From an uncultured Clostridia bacterium (lineage in GTDB: Bacteria > Bacillota > Clostridia > TANB77 > CAG-508), in the NCBI GenBank assembly GCA_944388725.1, contig CALXJW010000003.1, positions 1 to 37,108 on the forward strand: DNA of 37,108 bases, read 5' to 3'. Positions 18,377-28,374 of the stretch are shown here, in pieces. The notes beneath the pieces were generated by a model. It worked only from the letters and a program-made list of their open reading frames with translations, did no database searches and was not told the origin of the DNA. Made by a program: the position numbers and the translations under genes. Positions within the stretch are counted from its first letter, which is position 1, and each line of letters starts with the position of its first letter.

Positions 18377-18405
18377 ATTATATACTGTATTAAACAATTT
18401 TGCAA
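18377..18405 (-). promoter_or_regulatory. Sigma-A promoter of SRP RNA
   Basis: Minus strand TTGCAA-17 nt-TATAAT immediately before the RNA 5' end. Confidence 0.8.
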
Positions 18406-18423
18406 GTGTTTTAGAGTTTCTTT

Positions 18424-19167
18424 TTAATTTTCTATTCTCTTAAAAATCACATCATTAAAATCTGTAATTTCTATTCCATTTGTTCCTTTTTCTATTACTT
18501 CTTTTGCTGGAATATTAATACTTACTTCTGCTTGATATTGTCTTTTTGTTGTTAATGTAATCGTTATATTAAAGGATATTGTTGCTTGTATATCTTCTTC
18601 TTTTATGTTTGTTAATTGTAATAATTTACTATGATCTATTTCATTATTTGAATTTGATATATATTGTGATAAATTGTTTATTGAATATCTAAATGCAACT
18701 ATTCCTCCTTGGTTTGATATTTTTTGTTCTTTTATATTTGATTCTAATTCTCCACTATATGTTATTTCTGTTATTTCATTTTCCTGAGAATTTATAAACA
18801 TTCTTTTTTCATCTGTAGTTGGTTTATATATTTTACTTTCTCCTTTATCACTATTTTTTATAAATTTTATATTATCTATTTTTACACTATCTATTATTTC
18901 TGTTTTTCCATATCCGGCATTTTTCTCAATATATATATATATGTCATTATTTTCATTAACATTAAAATTCCACATATCTTCTGTATCTTCTACTTCATTT
19001 CCTTCTACACTTTGTACAATTGAAATTTTTGTAAGTTTGAATGGCATATTGGTTTCGCCTTCTACTTGATATTTAAGCAAAAACATTCCCACAATAAATA
19101 CAATTATAAATATTGTAGTAATAATTAATATTAAATGAACTATTTTTTTATTTGTATTTCTATACAT
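18424..19167 (-). CDS. Hypothetical membrane-anchored extracytoplasmic protein
   Basis: Single N-terminal TM helix followed by a beta-rich domain. GGAGG RBS before ATG 19167 (track 19185). Follows tadA closely. Confidence 0.8.
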   Translation of the reverse strand: MYRNTNKKIVHLILIITTIFIIVFIVGMFLLKYQVEGETNMPFKLTKISIVQSVEGNEVEDTEDMWNFNVNENNDIYIYIEKNAGYGKTEIIDSVKIDNIKFIKNSDKGESKIYKPTTDEKRMFINSQENEITEITYSGELESNIKEQKISNQGGIVAFRYSINNLSQYISNSNNEIDHSKLLQLTNIKEEDIQATISFNITITLTTKRQYQAEVSINIPAKEVIEKGTNGIEITDFNDVIFKRIEN

Positions 19168-19188
19168 ATTTTTTCCTCCGTTCATTTT

Positions 19189-19659
19189 TTATTTTTTTAA
19201 TTTTCGCAATTCTTTAAAAAAATCTTTTAATATTTTTTCACATTCTTTTTTTAATAGCCCTTTTTCTACTTCCACTTTATGGTTAAACTTGTAATCATTA
19301 AATAAATTCAAAACTGAACCTGCTGCTCCTGTTTTTTCATCATTTGCTCCTATATATATTTTTTTTATTCTTGAATTTATTATTGCTCCTGCACACATAG
19401 AACATGGCTCTAATGTTATATACATTTCGCAGTCTATTAATCTCCATGATTGTAATTTTTTGCTTGCTTTTTGTATCGCTAATATTTCTGCATGTTTTGT
19501 TGTATCTTTTTTTTCTTCTTTTTGATTATGTGCTCTTGCTATAATTTTTCCATTTTTTACAATTATTGCTCCTACTGGAACTTCTAGTTTTTTATATGCT
19601 TTTTCCGCTTCTTTTAATGCTTGTTTCATATAATATTCGTGTGTTTTTTCTTTTTCCAT
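19189..19659 (-). CDS. tadA: tRNA adenosine(34) deaminase
   Basis: EVPVGA, HAEILAI, WRL, TLEPCSMCAGA, D.KTGAAGS, FNH. Confidence 0.95.
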   Translation of the reverse strand: MEKEKTHEYYMKQALKEAEKAYKKLEVPVGAIIVKNGKIIARAHNQKEEKKDTTKHAEILAIQKASKKLQSWRLIDCEMYITLEPCSMCAGAIINSRIKKIYIGANDEKTGAAGSVLNLFNDYKFNHKVEVEKGLLKKECEKILKDFFKELRKLKK

Positions 19660-19697
19660 ATATTCTCTCTTTCTTCATTTATATTCTATATCAATCC

Positions 19698-19731
19698 AAA
19701 AAAAATAGCAAGTGATTATTGCTATTTTTTT
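19698..19731 (-). terminator. Terminator of the SDR gene
   Basis: A8-TAGCAA-gtgatta-TTGCTA-T8 inverted repeat. Confidence 0.6.
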
Positions 19732-19772
19732 ATATTTTGATTTATTACCATAATAATAAATTTTCATATTTC

Positions 19773-20489
19773 TTAATAATTTTTTATGTGTCTTACCTCT
19801 ATGCTTGGTATTGTTATTTCATGAGGTAGTTCAAAAACATATTTAACAGTTTTTGCAACTTCTTCTGGCGTTAATCCGTTTTTCATTATTTCTCTAGGTA
19901 ATTCATTATTTGCTCTTATATAAAAGTCTGTTTTAATTAATCCAGGACATACATCAGTTATTTTTATATTATTTCTTGCCAAATCATCTTGAATTGCTTT
20001 TCTAAAAGCATTTGTACTTTGTTTAGTAGCATTATATATTGGGAATGGTGGTTCACACATAACTCCACTTTGGGAATTAATGTTAATTATTTGTCCATAA
20101 CCTTGTTTTTTCATTATAGGGAAAATACTTTTTATCATTGCTATAGTACCAAATACATTTGTGTCAATAACCTTTTTTATTCTTTCTAAGCTATTCATTT
20201 CATCAAATATAGGTTGTTCTAGTTTTGACATATCCCCAGAAATCCACATGCCTGCACAATTTATTAAACAATCTATTTTGTTATAATTTAGACTTATAAC
20301 ATTGATTATTTCTTTTATATTATCAACATTTGATAAATCACAAACATAATATTGTGAATTTGTATCTTTTGCAACATGTAATAAATTTTCTTTGTCTATA
20401 TCTATTAAAATTAAGTTTTCTTGTTTTAAAATATTAGAAACTGCTTCACCTACACCGTTAGCGGCACCTGTTATAATTACATTTTTCAT
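19773..20489 (-). CDS. Short-chain dehydrogenase/reductase
   Basis: ITGAANGVG, LINCAG, NVFG, catalytic YNATK, VCPG. Confidence 0.92.
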   Translation of the reverse strand: MKNVIITGAANGVGEAVSNILKQENLILIDIDKENLLHVAKDTNSQYYVCDLSNVDNIKEIINVISLNYNKIDCLINCAGMWISGDMSKLEQPIFDEMNSLERIKKVIDTNVFGTIAMIKSIFPIMKKQGYGQIININSQSGVMCEPPFPIYNATKQSTNAFRKAIQDDLARNNIKITDVCPGLIKTDFYIRANNELPREIMKNGLTPEEVAKTVKYVFELPHEITIPSIEVRHIKNY

Positions 20490-20645
20490 TTATAATACCT
20501 CCTATCATTTTTTTAATAATTTTTAATTTTAGGTCTTTCATTAATTTTTTAATTTTATTTTTAATTATAGTCATTTCTTCAAATATTCAATAATCTTTAT
20601 TGTTTGCTTTTAGAATATGAGTTTTAATTTAAATAAATTTATCAT

Positions 20646-20721
<76 letters not shown>

Positions 20722-20816
20722 ATTTACTATATAATAACAGATTTATTTAATTTTGTAAATACACATCTTGACAAACATGTTATAATATTTTATATAAACT
20801 TTGAAAGGAATTTATT

Positions 20817-21524
20817 ATGCAACAGATATTAAGTAAAATGCGAAAAGCAATTGAAGAATATAATATGATAGATGAAGGAGATAAAATTGCAGTGTGTCTT
20901 TCTGGCGGAAAAGATTCAATCACATTATTAAATGGCTTAAAAGCATTACAAAGATTTTATCCAAAACATTTTGAATTAATAGCAATTACAATTAATCCAG
21001 GTTTTGATTTTTTCGATACAGATTTTTTGCAAAAAACTTGTGATGAACTTAATATTCCTTTATTTATTGAAGAAAGTCATATTAAAGAAATTGTATTTGA
21101 TATTAGGCAAGAAAAAAATCCTTGTTCTTTATGTGCAAATTTACGTAGAGGAATAATAAATAGTGTGGCCATTAGAGAAAATTGTAACAAAATCGCTTTA
21201 GGGCACAATAAAGATGATGTTTTAGAAACATTTTTATTAAATTTATTATATACGGGTAGTTTGTCTACGTTTGCACCTAAAAGCTATATGGATAGAAGTA
21301 AAATTACTTTAATACGACCTCTTATATTAGTTGATGAAAAAGATACTAAACGTTTTATTAAAAGAAATAATAAATCTATAATGAAAAAGGTTTGTCCAAT
21401 GGATGGAATTTCAAAAAGAGAAACTATGAAAGAGCAAATATTTTTATGGCAAAAAGATATTCCTATGGTTAGAGCAAATATCTTTGGTGCAATTTCTAGA
21501 AATTTAGATGGATGGAAAAAATAG
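20817..21524 (+). CDS. ttcA: TtcA-family PP-loop tRNA thiolase
   Basis: SGGKDS PP-loop, PCSLCANLRRG, IALGHNKDD, LIRPL; a single C-terminal Cys (VCPMDG). Confidence 0.85.
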   Translation: MQQILSKMRKAIEEYNMIDEGDKIAVCLSGGKDSITLLNGLKALQRFYPKHFELIAITINPGFDFFDTDFLQKTCDELNIPLFIEESHIKEIVFDIRQEKNPCSLCANLRRGIINSVAIRENCNKIALGHNKDDVLETFLLNLLYTGSLSTFAPKSYMDRSKITLIRPLILVDEKDTKRFIKRNNKSIMKKVCPMDGISKRETMKEQIFLWQKDIPMVRANIFGAISRNLDGWKK

Positions 21525-21554
21525 AAACTAGTTTTTTAACTAGTTTCTATTTTT
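21517..21554. terminator. Bidirectional terminator between ttcA and pgm
   Basis: AAAAATAGAAACTAGTT-tttt-AACTAGTTTCTATTTTT perfect inverted repeat. Confidence 0.8.
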
Positions 21555-21558
21555 AGTT

Positions 21559-23289
21559 TTATGCATTTCTAACTAAGCTTTCCATAGCTTGTTTTAATTC
21601 TTCTAATTTCTTTTCTGCATTTTCCATGGTATCTGCTTTGATTCCCATATATAGTTTAATTTTAGGCTCAGTTCCAGAAGGACGTACACAACACCAAGAA
21701 TTATTTTCTAAATCATAATATAAAACATTTGATTTTGGAAGTCCTGTTTCTCTTGTTTCACCTGTTTCCATATTTTTTATTATATTTTTATCATAATCTC
21801 TAAATTCTAATACTTTATATTCTCCTATTTTATCTATATTTTTATTTCTCATTGCGGTCATCATTTCTTTAATCTTTTCAGCTCCATCCGCTCCTTCTAA
21901 TACTATTGATACTTGCCCTTCTTTATAATATCCATATTTCTCATAAATATTAATCATTTGATCCCATAATGTTAAACCTTTAGATTTGTAATATGCAGCA
22001 GCTTCGCAAAGTGCCATAACAGCCCCCACTCCATCTTTATCTCTAGCATATGTGCCAATTAAGCATCCATAACTTTCTTCAAATCCAAATATATATTTTT
22101 TGTCATTTTTTTCTTCTGCTTTTCTCATTACTTCACCTATATATTTGAATCCTGTTAAAACTTCTACTAATTCTAAGTCATATTCTTTTGCAACAGCATC
22201 TGTTAAATTTGTTGATACTATTGTTTTTATTATCATTCCATTTTTAGGTAATATACCTTTTTCTTTCTTTTGAGAAATTTCATATTCTGCAATTAGTAAT
22301 GCAGACATATTTCCTGTATAATTTTTATATTCTCCTGTTTTTGTATCTTTTGCATATATACCTAATCTATCTGAATCTGGATCTGTTGCTAAAACTACAT
22401 CAGCATCTTTTTCTTTAGCAAGTTCTAATGCTAATTTAAATGCATTTGGATCTTCAGGGTTTGGATAACTTACTGTTGGGAAATTTCCATCAGGTTTTTC
22501 TTGTTCTGGTACAACATAAACATTTTCAAAACCTAATTCTTTTAATATTCTTTGTACCATTTCATTTCCAGCACCATGTAATGGTGTATATACAATTTTT
22601 AAATTCTTGCCTTGTTCTTTTATTATTTCAGGATTTAGTACACATTTCTTCAATTCTTCTATATATCTATCATCAATTTCTTTTCCTATTACATTGTACA
22701 ACCCTTTTTCTTTTGCTTCTTCCTCTGATATTGTCTTAATTTCTGCATAATCTTTTATTGCTCTTACTTCTGTAATAATATCTTTATCATTTGGTGGAAC
22801 TATTTGTGCTCCATCTTCCCAATATACTTTATATCCATTATATTTAGGTGGATTATGACTTGCTGTTATCATTACTCCTGCTGTAGCTTTTAATTCCCTA
22901 ACCGCAAAAGATAATTCTGGAACAGGTCTTAAGTGGTCCATAATGTATGTTTTTATTCCATTCGCATTTAAGGTCAATGCTGTTAATTTACTAAATTCTG
23001 GAGACATTTTTCTTGAGTCATAACTAATAACCACACCTTTATCTTGTACACCTTTTTTAATTATAAAATTTGCTAATCCTTGTGTTGCTTTACCTACTGT
23101 GTATTTGTTCATTCTATTTGTTCCCATTCCAATTACTCCACGTAATCCTGCTGTCCCAAATTCTAATTCTTTATAGAATCTATCTTTTATCTCTTCTTCA
23201 TTATCTTTTATGCTTAATAATTCTTTTTTTGTTTCTTCATCAAATGCTGGATTTTCACACCATTTTTTATATTCTTCTAAATAATTCAT
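21559..23289 (-). CDS. pgm: Phosphoglucomutase/phosphomannomutase-family phospho-sugar mutase
   Basis: FGTAGLRG, TASHNP, DPDSDR metal loop, FEESYG, RPSGTEPKIK. Confidence 0.92.
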   Translation of the reverse strand: MNYLEEYKKWCENPAFDEETKKELLSIKDNEEEIKDRFYKELEFGTAGLRGVIGMGTNRMNKYTVGKATQGLANFIIKKGVQDKGVVISYDSRKMSPEFSKLTALTLNANGIKTYIMDHLRPVPELSFAVRELKATAGVMITASHNPPKYNGYKVYWEDGAQIVPPNDKDIITEVRAIKDYAEIKTISEEEAKEKGLYNVIGKEIDDRYIEELKKCVLNPEIIKEQGKNLKIVYTPLHGAGNEMVQRILKELGFENVYVVPEQEKPDGNFPTVSYPNPEDPNAFKLALELAKEKDADVVLATDPDSDRLGIYAKDTKTGEYKNYTGNMSALLIAEYEISQKKEKGILPKNGMIIKTIVSTNLTDAVAKEYDLELVEVLTGFKYIGEVMRKAEEKNDKKYIFGFEESYGCLIGTYARDKDGVGAVMALCEAAAYYKSKGLTLWDQMINIYEKYGYYKEGQVSIVLEGADGAEKIKEMMTAMRNKNIDKIGEYKVLEFRDYDKNIIKNMETGETRETGLPKSNVLYYDLENNSWCCVRPSGTEPKIKLYMGIKADTMENAEKKLEELKQAMESLVRNA

Positions 23290-23354
23290 TTTTATCTTCC
23301 TTTCATTTTTATAATTTATTTTGTTTTTGCTCTTCTACACCTCCTATAAAACAA

Positions 23355-23384
23355 AAAAGCTACTGCTTAATACCAGTAGCTTTT
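23355..23384 (-). terminator. Terminator after the pyrophosphorylase gene
   Basis: AAAAGCTACTG-cttaatac-CAGTAGCTTTT. Confidence 0.7.
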
Positions 23385-23387
23385 ATT

Positions 23388-24629
23388 TTAAACTTTATAA
23401 AATTTTTTATATAGCTCTCTTGCTGTTTCAGGGCTATCTGTTCCTGTAGCATTTTTTACAGGAGCAAATTCTTCTTCTCTTTTTACTCTTAGAATAGCCA
23501 TATCATCTAATTCTCCAAAAGCATCAAATAAGAAAGCTTCAAATTTATATGCATTTGGTCCATCTGGTACAACTTTATTTCCATTTTTATCTATATATGT
23601 TGCTTTTTTGAAGGCTGTATGGTATGGAAGAGGTGTTCTTCCCATTCTTTCAACTGCATCTATATTAAATAAATTACATAATATATGAGATTCTCCATAT
23701 ATTAATTCTCCTCTTTCATCTGTGGCTTCTGCCATATCTTTAGATATCTCTGTATATTCTACAACAGAAGGTCTACCATTCTTTTTGCAGAAAACCCCTA
23801 CTTTTTCCCCTGGATTTGCTTTTACTACAGATTTTCCTGCAGCTGTTACATGTTTTTGGATAGCGATTCCCATAAGTACTGGATCTACCATTTTTACTAA
23901 ACAGTTATCCACTCCACCTATAAATATCCATTCTACACCTAATTCTCTCATTTTATTTGTCATTCCATTTTTTACAAGCGCTTCATATATTCCACCATGT
24001 CCATCTGCTGCTTCTTTTATTAACCCGTCTTCTCCTATTAATATTTTTCCTTCTGTATCTACCATTGGAAGCTCTCCTTGTTTAAAGAAAAATATATTTT
24101 TATCTTTTTCATAACCAAAAAATTTATGTTTTGCGAAAAAGTCAACTGTGTCATTATTGTTTTCTTCACTTGTCATTATAAACCATGGTATTGTAACATC
24201 ATATTTTTTTCCTTGCTCTTTTAATGAGTCACTTAATAACTCAAATAAAGATTTGTGTGAATCTAGTCCTATATCAAATGTACCTTTTGGTCCATTATGC
24301 CCTAATCTTGTTCCTTGCCCTCCAGCCATTGTTACTGCAGCAAGTTTTCCACTTCTTATTGCTTTTTCTCCAGTTTCTTGAAAACTTTTATAATAACCAT
24401 TTAATTTTTCTTTATCTAAATATTCTATCGGTGTAATTTGTGTTTCTGGTATTTGTACTTCTTTTTGAGAGTTTTGGTATAAACTATTTATTAATTCAAA
24501 ATTTATATTTTCTATTTGATTTAATAATTTTTTTTGTTTTGATTCATCTAATTTGTCATATCCATTTAATAAATGCTCTTGTGAATATTTTTTTAAAGTT
24601 CTTTTGATTGCTTCCATTTTTTCCTCCAT
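23388..24629 (-). CDS. UDPGP-family (eukaryote-type, UAP1-like) UDP-N-acetylhexosamine pyrophosphorylase
   Basis: MAGGQGTRLG..GPKG, IPWFIMTS, DGHGG, VDN.LV...DP, EKVGV, VVEYTE, KFEAFLFD.F, REEEFAPVKN. Confidence 0.9.
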   Translation of the reverse strand: MEEKMEAIKRTLKKYSQEHLLNGYDKLDESKQKKLLNQIENINFELINSLYQNSQKEVQIPETQITPIEYLDKEKLNGYYKSFQETGEKAIRSGKLAAVTMAGGQGTRLGHNGPKGTFDIGLDSHKSLFELLSDSLKEQGKKYDVTIPWFIMTSEENNNDTVDFFAKHKFFGYEKDKNIFFFKQGELPMVDTEGKILIGEDGLIKEAADGHGGIYEALVKNGMTNKMRELGVEWIFIGGVDNCLVKMVDPVLMGIAIQKHVTAAGKSVVKANPGEKVGVFCKKNGRPSVVEYTEISKDMAEATDERGELIYGESHILCNLFNIDAVERMGRTPLPYHTAFKKATYIDKNGNKVVPDGPNAYKFEAFLFDAFGELDDMAILRVKREEEFAPVKNATGTDSPETARELYKKFYKV

Positions 24630-24702
24630 ATGTATCTTCCTTTCTTACTGCTTTTAGTTATATACTATTTTTTGCTTTTTTTCAATAGTTTATACCAATT
24701 TT

Positions 24703-25137
24703 TTATTTTTTGTTATATCCTAGTGTATTTAAACTTTTATTATATCTACAAATAATTTCATTTATTTTATCTTTTATCTCTTCAAATTCATAGCAATCTA
24801 CAATATCTTTACAATCTATATTATTATTTTTTATTTTACTATTTATTTTTTCAATATAATTTTGTTTTCCTATTATAATTATGTTTGAATTTTGTTTTAA
24901 TTCCTTTTCACCTTTTTGCCATCCTAATTTTAATATCTTTAATTTTTCTTCATCTTTTAAATTCATTTTTGTAACTAATATCTCTATAGTTTGTGTTAAA
25001 TCTTTTTCTGTTTGTATAATAATATCTTCATTATTTTTTAATTTTTCATTTATATATGGAACTAATATCATTTCTAAATGAAAATCACTTACATAAATAC
25101 TATACATTTTTTCATTAACATTATTCTTAACAACCAT
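24703..25137 (-). CDS. Hypothetical protein, possibly a degenerate MEDS-like domain
   Basis: GAAGGA RBS before ATG 25137 (track 25191). The N-terminal SIYVS..HL..ILVPYI...L and C-terminal IVDCY patterns recall MEDS; weak. Confidence 0.65.
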   Translation of the reverse strand: MVVKNNVNEKMYSIYVSDFHLEMILVPYINEKLKNNEDIIIQTEKDLTQTIEILVTKMNLKDEEKLKILKLGWQKGEKELKQNSNIIIIGKQNYIEKINSKIKNNNIDCKDIVDCYEFEEIKDKINEIICRYNKSLNTLGYNKK

Positions 25138-25239
25138 TTCGTTCATTCCTTTCGATTGTTTTGGTCTTTTGTTTCTGGTAAATTTTACCATTATTTTAAA
25201 ATTTTGTCAAGGCTATTATTTGTTTTTATAGAAGATTTT

Positions 25240-25246
25240 TTCGACA
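25240..25246 (-). promoter_or_regulatory. Candidate Spo0A box
   Basis: TGTCGAA on the minus strand, in the divergent region upstream of spoIIR and the hypothetical gene. Confidence 0.45.
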
Positions 25247-25333
25247 ATGTATATTTTATTTTTTTTTGTTAATAATTATCTTAGAATTATTTTTTTTACA
25301 TAAAAGTTTTATTTTTTATAAGGAGGAATTTAT

Positions 25334-25999
25334 ATGAAAAAAATCTCTTTTTTATTTAAGAATAATTATCTAAAACAAATTTCTATATTAACTTTTTTAT
25401 TATTATTATTTATCTTTATTTCAGCTCACTCTTATGTTATTGCTGTATCAAATGATCTATCTGATTCTGTTTTTAGACTTCATGTAATAGCTAATAGTGA
25501 CTCTGATGAAGATCAATCTTTAAAATTAAAAGTAAGAGATTCTTTAATAAATTATATGAACTCTATTAGTTCAGATTGCTCTACAAAAGAAGAAGCAATT
25601 GCTTCGGCTATGGAGCATCAAGAAGATTTTAAAAATATAGCAGAAAAAACAATATTAGAAAACGGTTATGATTATACTGTAAAAATTAATATAGACAATT
25701 TCTATTTTCCAACCAAAAATTATGGTGATATTTCCTTACCTGCTGGAAATTATGATGCTTTACGAGTTGAAATAGGAAAAGCGGAAGGTCAAAATTGGTG
25801 GTGTGTAATGTTTCCTTCTTTATGTTTCATTGATTTAAATAATGGTATTGTTGATAGTGACGCAAAAGAAAATCTTAAAAATAATTTAGAAGAAGAATCT
25901 TATGATGTAATTTCAGATAAAAGAAATACAGAAATACAATTCAAATTTAAATTAATAGAATTTTTTGCCAACAATAGTCTTTTTACAGCAAAACATTAG
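25334..25999 (+). CDS. spoIIR: Stage II sporulation protein R
   Basis: FRLHVIANSDSDEDQ.LKLKVRD, FPTK.YG...LPAG.Y.AL...IG...GQNWWCVMFP.LCF. Confidence 0.96.
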   Translation: MKKISFLFKNNYLKQISILTFLLLLFIFISAHSYVIAVSNDLSDSVFRLHVIANSDSDEDQSLKLKVRDSLINYMNSISSDCSTKEEAIASAMEHQEDFKNIAEKTILENGYDYTVKINIDNFYFPTKNYGDISLPAGNYDALRVEIGKAEGQNWWCVMFPSLCFIDLNNGIVDSDAKENLKNNLEEESYDVISDKRNTEIQFKFKLIEFFANNSLFTAKH

Positions 26000-26077
26000 A
26001 ATATCAAAAAAAATATTGTAATATTTGTTTTTTTATGATATATTTCTTAAGAAGATTATTTTTAAGGAGGAATTCTT

Positions 26078-27337
26078 TTGGAAAAACTAGTAATAACAGG
26101 TAAAACACATTTAAAAGGAGAAGTAACAATTAGCGGTGCAAAAAATGCTGCTGTAGCTATTCTCCCAGCAACTCTTTTAATTGACGGTATTTGTACCATA
26201 GATAATTTACCTAATATTAGCGATGTAAAAATGTCTTGTAAAATATTAGAAGATTTAGGAGCAAAAATAACATGGAATACTCCTAATGAAATTACTATAG
26301 ATACAAGACATATTAATAAAACTGTTGCTTCTGAAGAATTAACAAGAAAATTCAGAGCATCATATTATATGATTGGAAGCATGCTTGGACGTAAAGGAGC
26401 TATAACTGTTGGTATGCCTGGGGGTTGTAAACTAGGTGCTAGGCCTATTGATCAACATATAAAAGGTTTTGAAGCTCTTGGTGCTACTGTTGAAGTTAGT
26501 CAAGGCAAAATTACTGCAACAGCTTCTGAATTAACAGGCACTTCTATTTATATGGACGTTGTTTCTGTCGGTGCGACTATTAATGTAATGTTAGCATCTG
26601 TTTTAGCAAAAGGAACAACAGTTATTGATAATGCTGCTAAGGAACCACATATTGTTGATGTAGCAAATTTCCTAAATACAATGGGCGCTGATATTAGAGG
26701 AGCCGGAACAGATGTTATAAAAATAAATGGTGTAGAAAAATTAACTGGGAATAGTACATATTCTATCGTACCTGATCAAATTGAAGCAGGAACATTTATG
26801 CTTGCTGCAGTTGCATCTCAAGGAGATATTTTAATAAAAAACTGTATATCAAAACATTTAGAATCTCTTACTGCCAAAATTATTGAAATTGGTGGACAAG
26901 TTGAAGATTATGGAGATAGTATTAGAGTAAAAATGGATAAACGACCTTCTAAAGCAACTATTAAAACACTTCCTTATCCTGGATTTCCTACTGACTTACA
27001 ACCACAAATGGGTGTAACCCTTTCTATTGCGGAAGGAACAAGTAGAATTATTGAAAGTATTTGGGAATCTAGATTTCAATATACAGAAGAATTAAATAAA
27101 ATGGGAGCACAAATTACTGCACAAGGAAAAACAGCCTTTTTTGAGGGAGTTTCTTCCCTTTATGGTTCTCCTGTTTATGCTTCAGATTTACGTGCTGGTG
27201 CAGCATTAATTATCGCTGGTATTATTGCAGAAGGAAAAACTGAAGTATATAATCTTGAACACATAGATAGAGGTTATGAAAATATTGAAGAAAAATTTAG
27301 AAAACTTGGTGCAAAAATTGAGAGAGTGGAAGAATAA
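26078..27337 (+). CDS. murA: UDP-N-acetylglucosamine 1-carboxyvinyltransferase
   Basis: SGAKNA, RASYY, PGGCKLGARPIDQH, SVGAT.N, PGFPTDLQ, DLRAGA, IDRGYE; TTG start after AAGGAGG. Confidence 0.96.
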   Translation: MEKLVITGKTHLKGEVTISGAKNAAVAILPATLLIDGICTIDNLPNISDVKMSCKILEDLGAKITWNTPNEITIDTRHINKTVASEELTRKFRASYYMIGSMLGRKGAITVGMPGGCKLGARPIDQHIKGFEALGATVEVSQGKITATASELTGTSIYMDVVSVGATINVMLASVLAKGTTVIDNAAKEPHIVDVANFLNTMGADIRGAGTDVIKINGVEKLTGNSTYSIVPDQIEAGTFMLAAVASQGDILIKNCISKHLESLTAKIIEIGGQVEDYGDSIRVKMDKRPSKATIKTLPYPGFPTDLQPQMGVTLSIAEGTSRIIESIWESRFQYTEELNKMGAQITAQGKTAFFEGVSSLYGSPVYASDLRAGAALIIAGIIAEGKTEVYNLEHIDRGYENIEEKFRKLGAKIERVEE

Positions 27338-27358
27338 ACATTAGGAAGAAGAAAAAAT

Positions 27359-28150
27359 ATGCTAAACTTTTGTAGTTTATATAGTGGTAGCAGTGGTAAT
27401 AGCCTATTTGTTGAAACAGAAAACACTAAAATTTTAGTTGATGCAGGTATGAGTTGTAAAAAAATTGAAGAAGCATTAACTTCTTTGGAAGTTGATCCTT
27501 CTTTAATTGATGCTATATTAATTACACATGAACATTCTGATCATATTAAAGGATTATCTACAATTTCAAAAAAATTTGATATTCCTGTTTTCTCTACTAA
27601 AGAAACATTTGAGGCAATGCCCACATGTACTGAAAAATTATTAAGTAAAAACATTAAATTTATTGAACCAACAACTAAATTTTGCATCAATGATTTAGAA
27701 ATACTACCATTTAAAATTCCTCATGATGCAGCTAATCCATGTGGATTTAATATTATAAAAGATTCTAATCAAATAAGTATTGCTACAGACATTGGACATA
27801 TGACCAATTCTATTTTGAAGCATCTTGAAAACAGTAATTTTATTTTACTAGAATCTAATTATGATACTGAAGTTTTAAAATGTTGCTCATATCCATTTAA
27901 ATTAAAATCTCGTATTGCTGGAGCTACTGGTCATTTATCTAATACTATTGCAGGCAAAACAATTTCTTATCTTATACAAAATGGTAATTTAAAAACTGCC
28001 ATGCTTGGTCATTTAAGTAAGGAAAGTAATTTTCCGGAATTAGCTTATAGAACAGTAATAGATGAAATGATTAGCTCTCATTATGAAAAGGATTCAATTA
28101 GTTTATCAGTTGCTAATAGAGATTACCCTTCTAAATTGATACAGTTATAA
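27359..28150 (+). CDS. walJ: WalJ/YycJ-like metallo-beta-lactamase-fold nuclease
   Basis: LYSGSSGN, THEHSDH, PHDA, ATD.G, LESNYD, GHLSN, GHLS.E.N.P. Confidence 0.85.
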   Translation: MLNFCSLYSGSSGNSLFVETENTKILVDAGMSCKKIEEALTSLEVDPSLIDAILITHEHSDHIKGLSTISKKFDIPVFSTKETFEAMPTCTEKLLSKNIKFIEPTTKFCINDLEILPFKIPHDAANPCGFNIIKDSNQISIATDIGHMTNSILKHLENSNFILLESNYDTEVLKCCSYPFKLKSRIAGATGHLSNTIAGKTISYLIQNGNLKTAMLGHLSKESNFPELAYRTVIDEMISSHYEKDSISLSVANRDYPSKLIQL

Positions 28151-28159
28151 TATATGGTA

Positions 28160-28305
28160 TTGTAAAGGGAATAACTTTGAACAAATAAATGATATAATAG
28201 TAATAAGGTTTAGGGGGCCTGTTTTTTATTTAACATTTGATTTAAATTTTATATAATTAAATTTTTGTTCGATTTATGGGGAATTATATATTATTCCCTT
28301 TACAA
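28160..28305. repeat. Segment bounded by a perfect 15-bp inverted repeat
   Basis: TTGTAAAGGGAATAA (28160-28174) and TTATTCCCTTTACAA (28291-28305); inner pair GAACAAA/TTTGTTC. Confidence 0.85.
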
Positions 28306-28374
28306 GATTAAAAACTTTTTATTGAAATTAAATTTTTATGATTTTTAATTAAATTGATTAATTTTTATATCAAT

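Noticed and set aside
23335-23346. Strong minus-strand AGGAGGTG upstream of pgm suggesting a leader peptide
   Set aside because: No suitably spaced start codon; pgm has its own GAAAGGAAG RBS.
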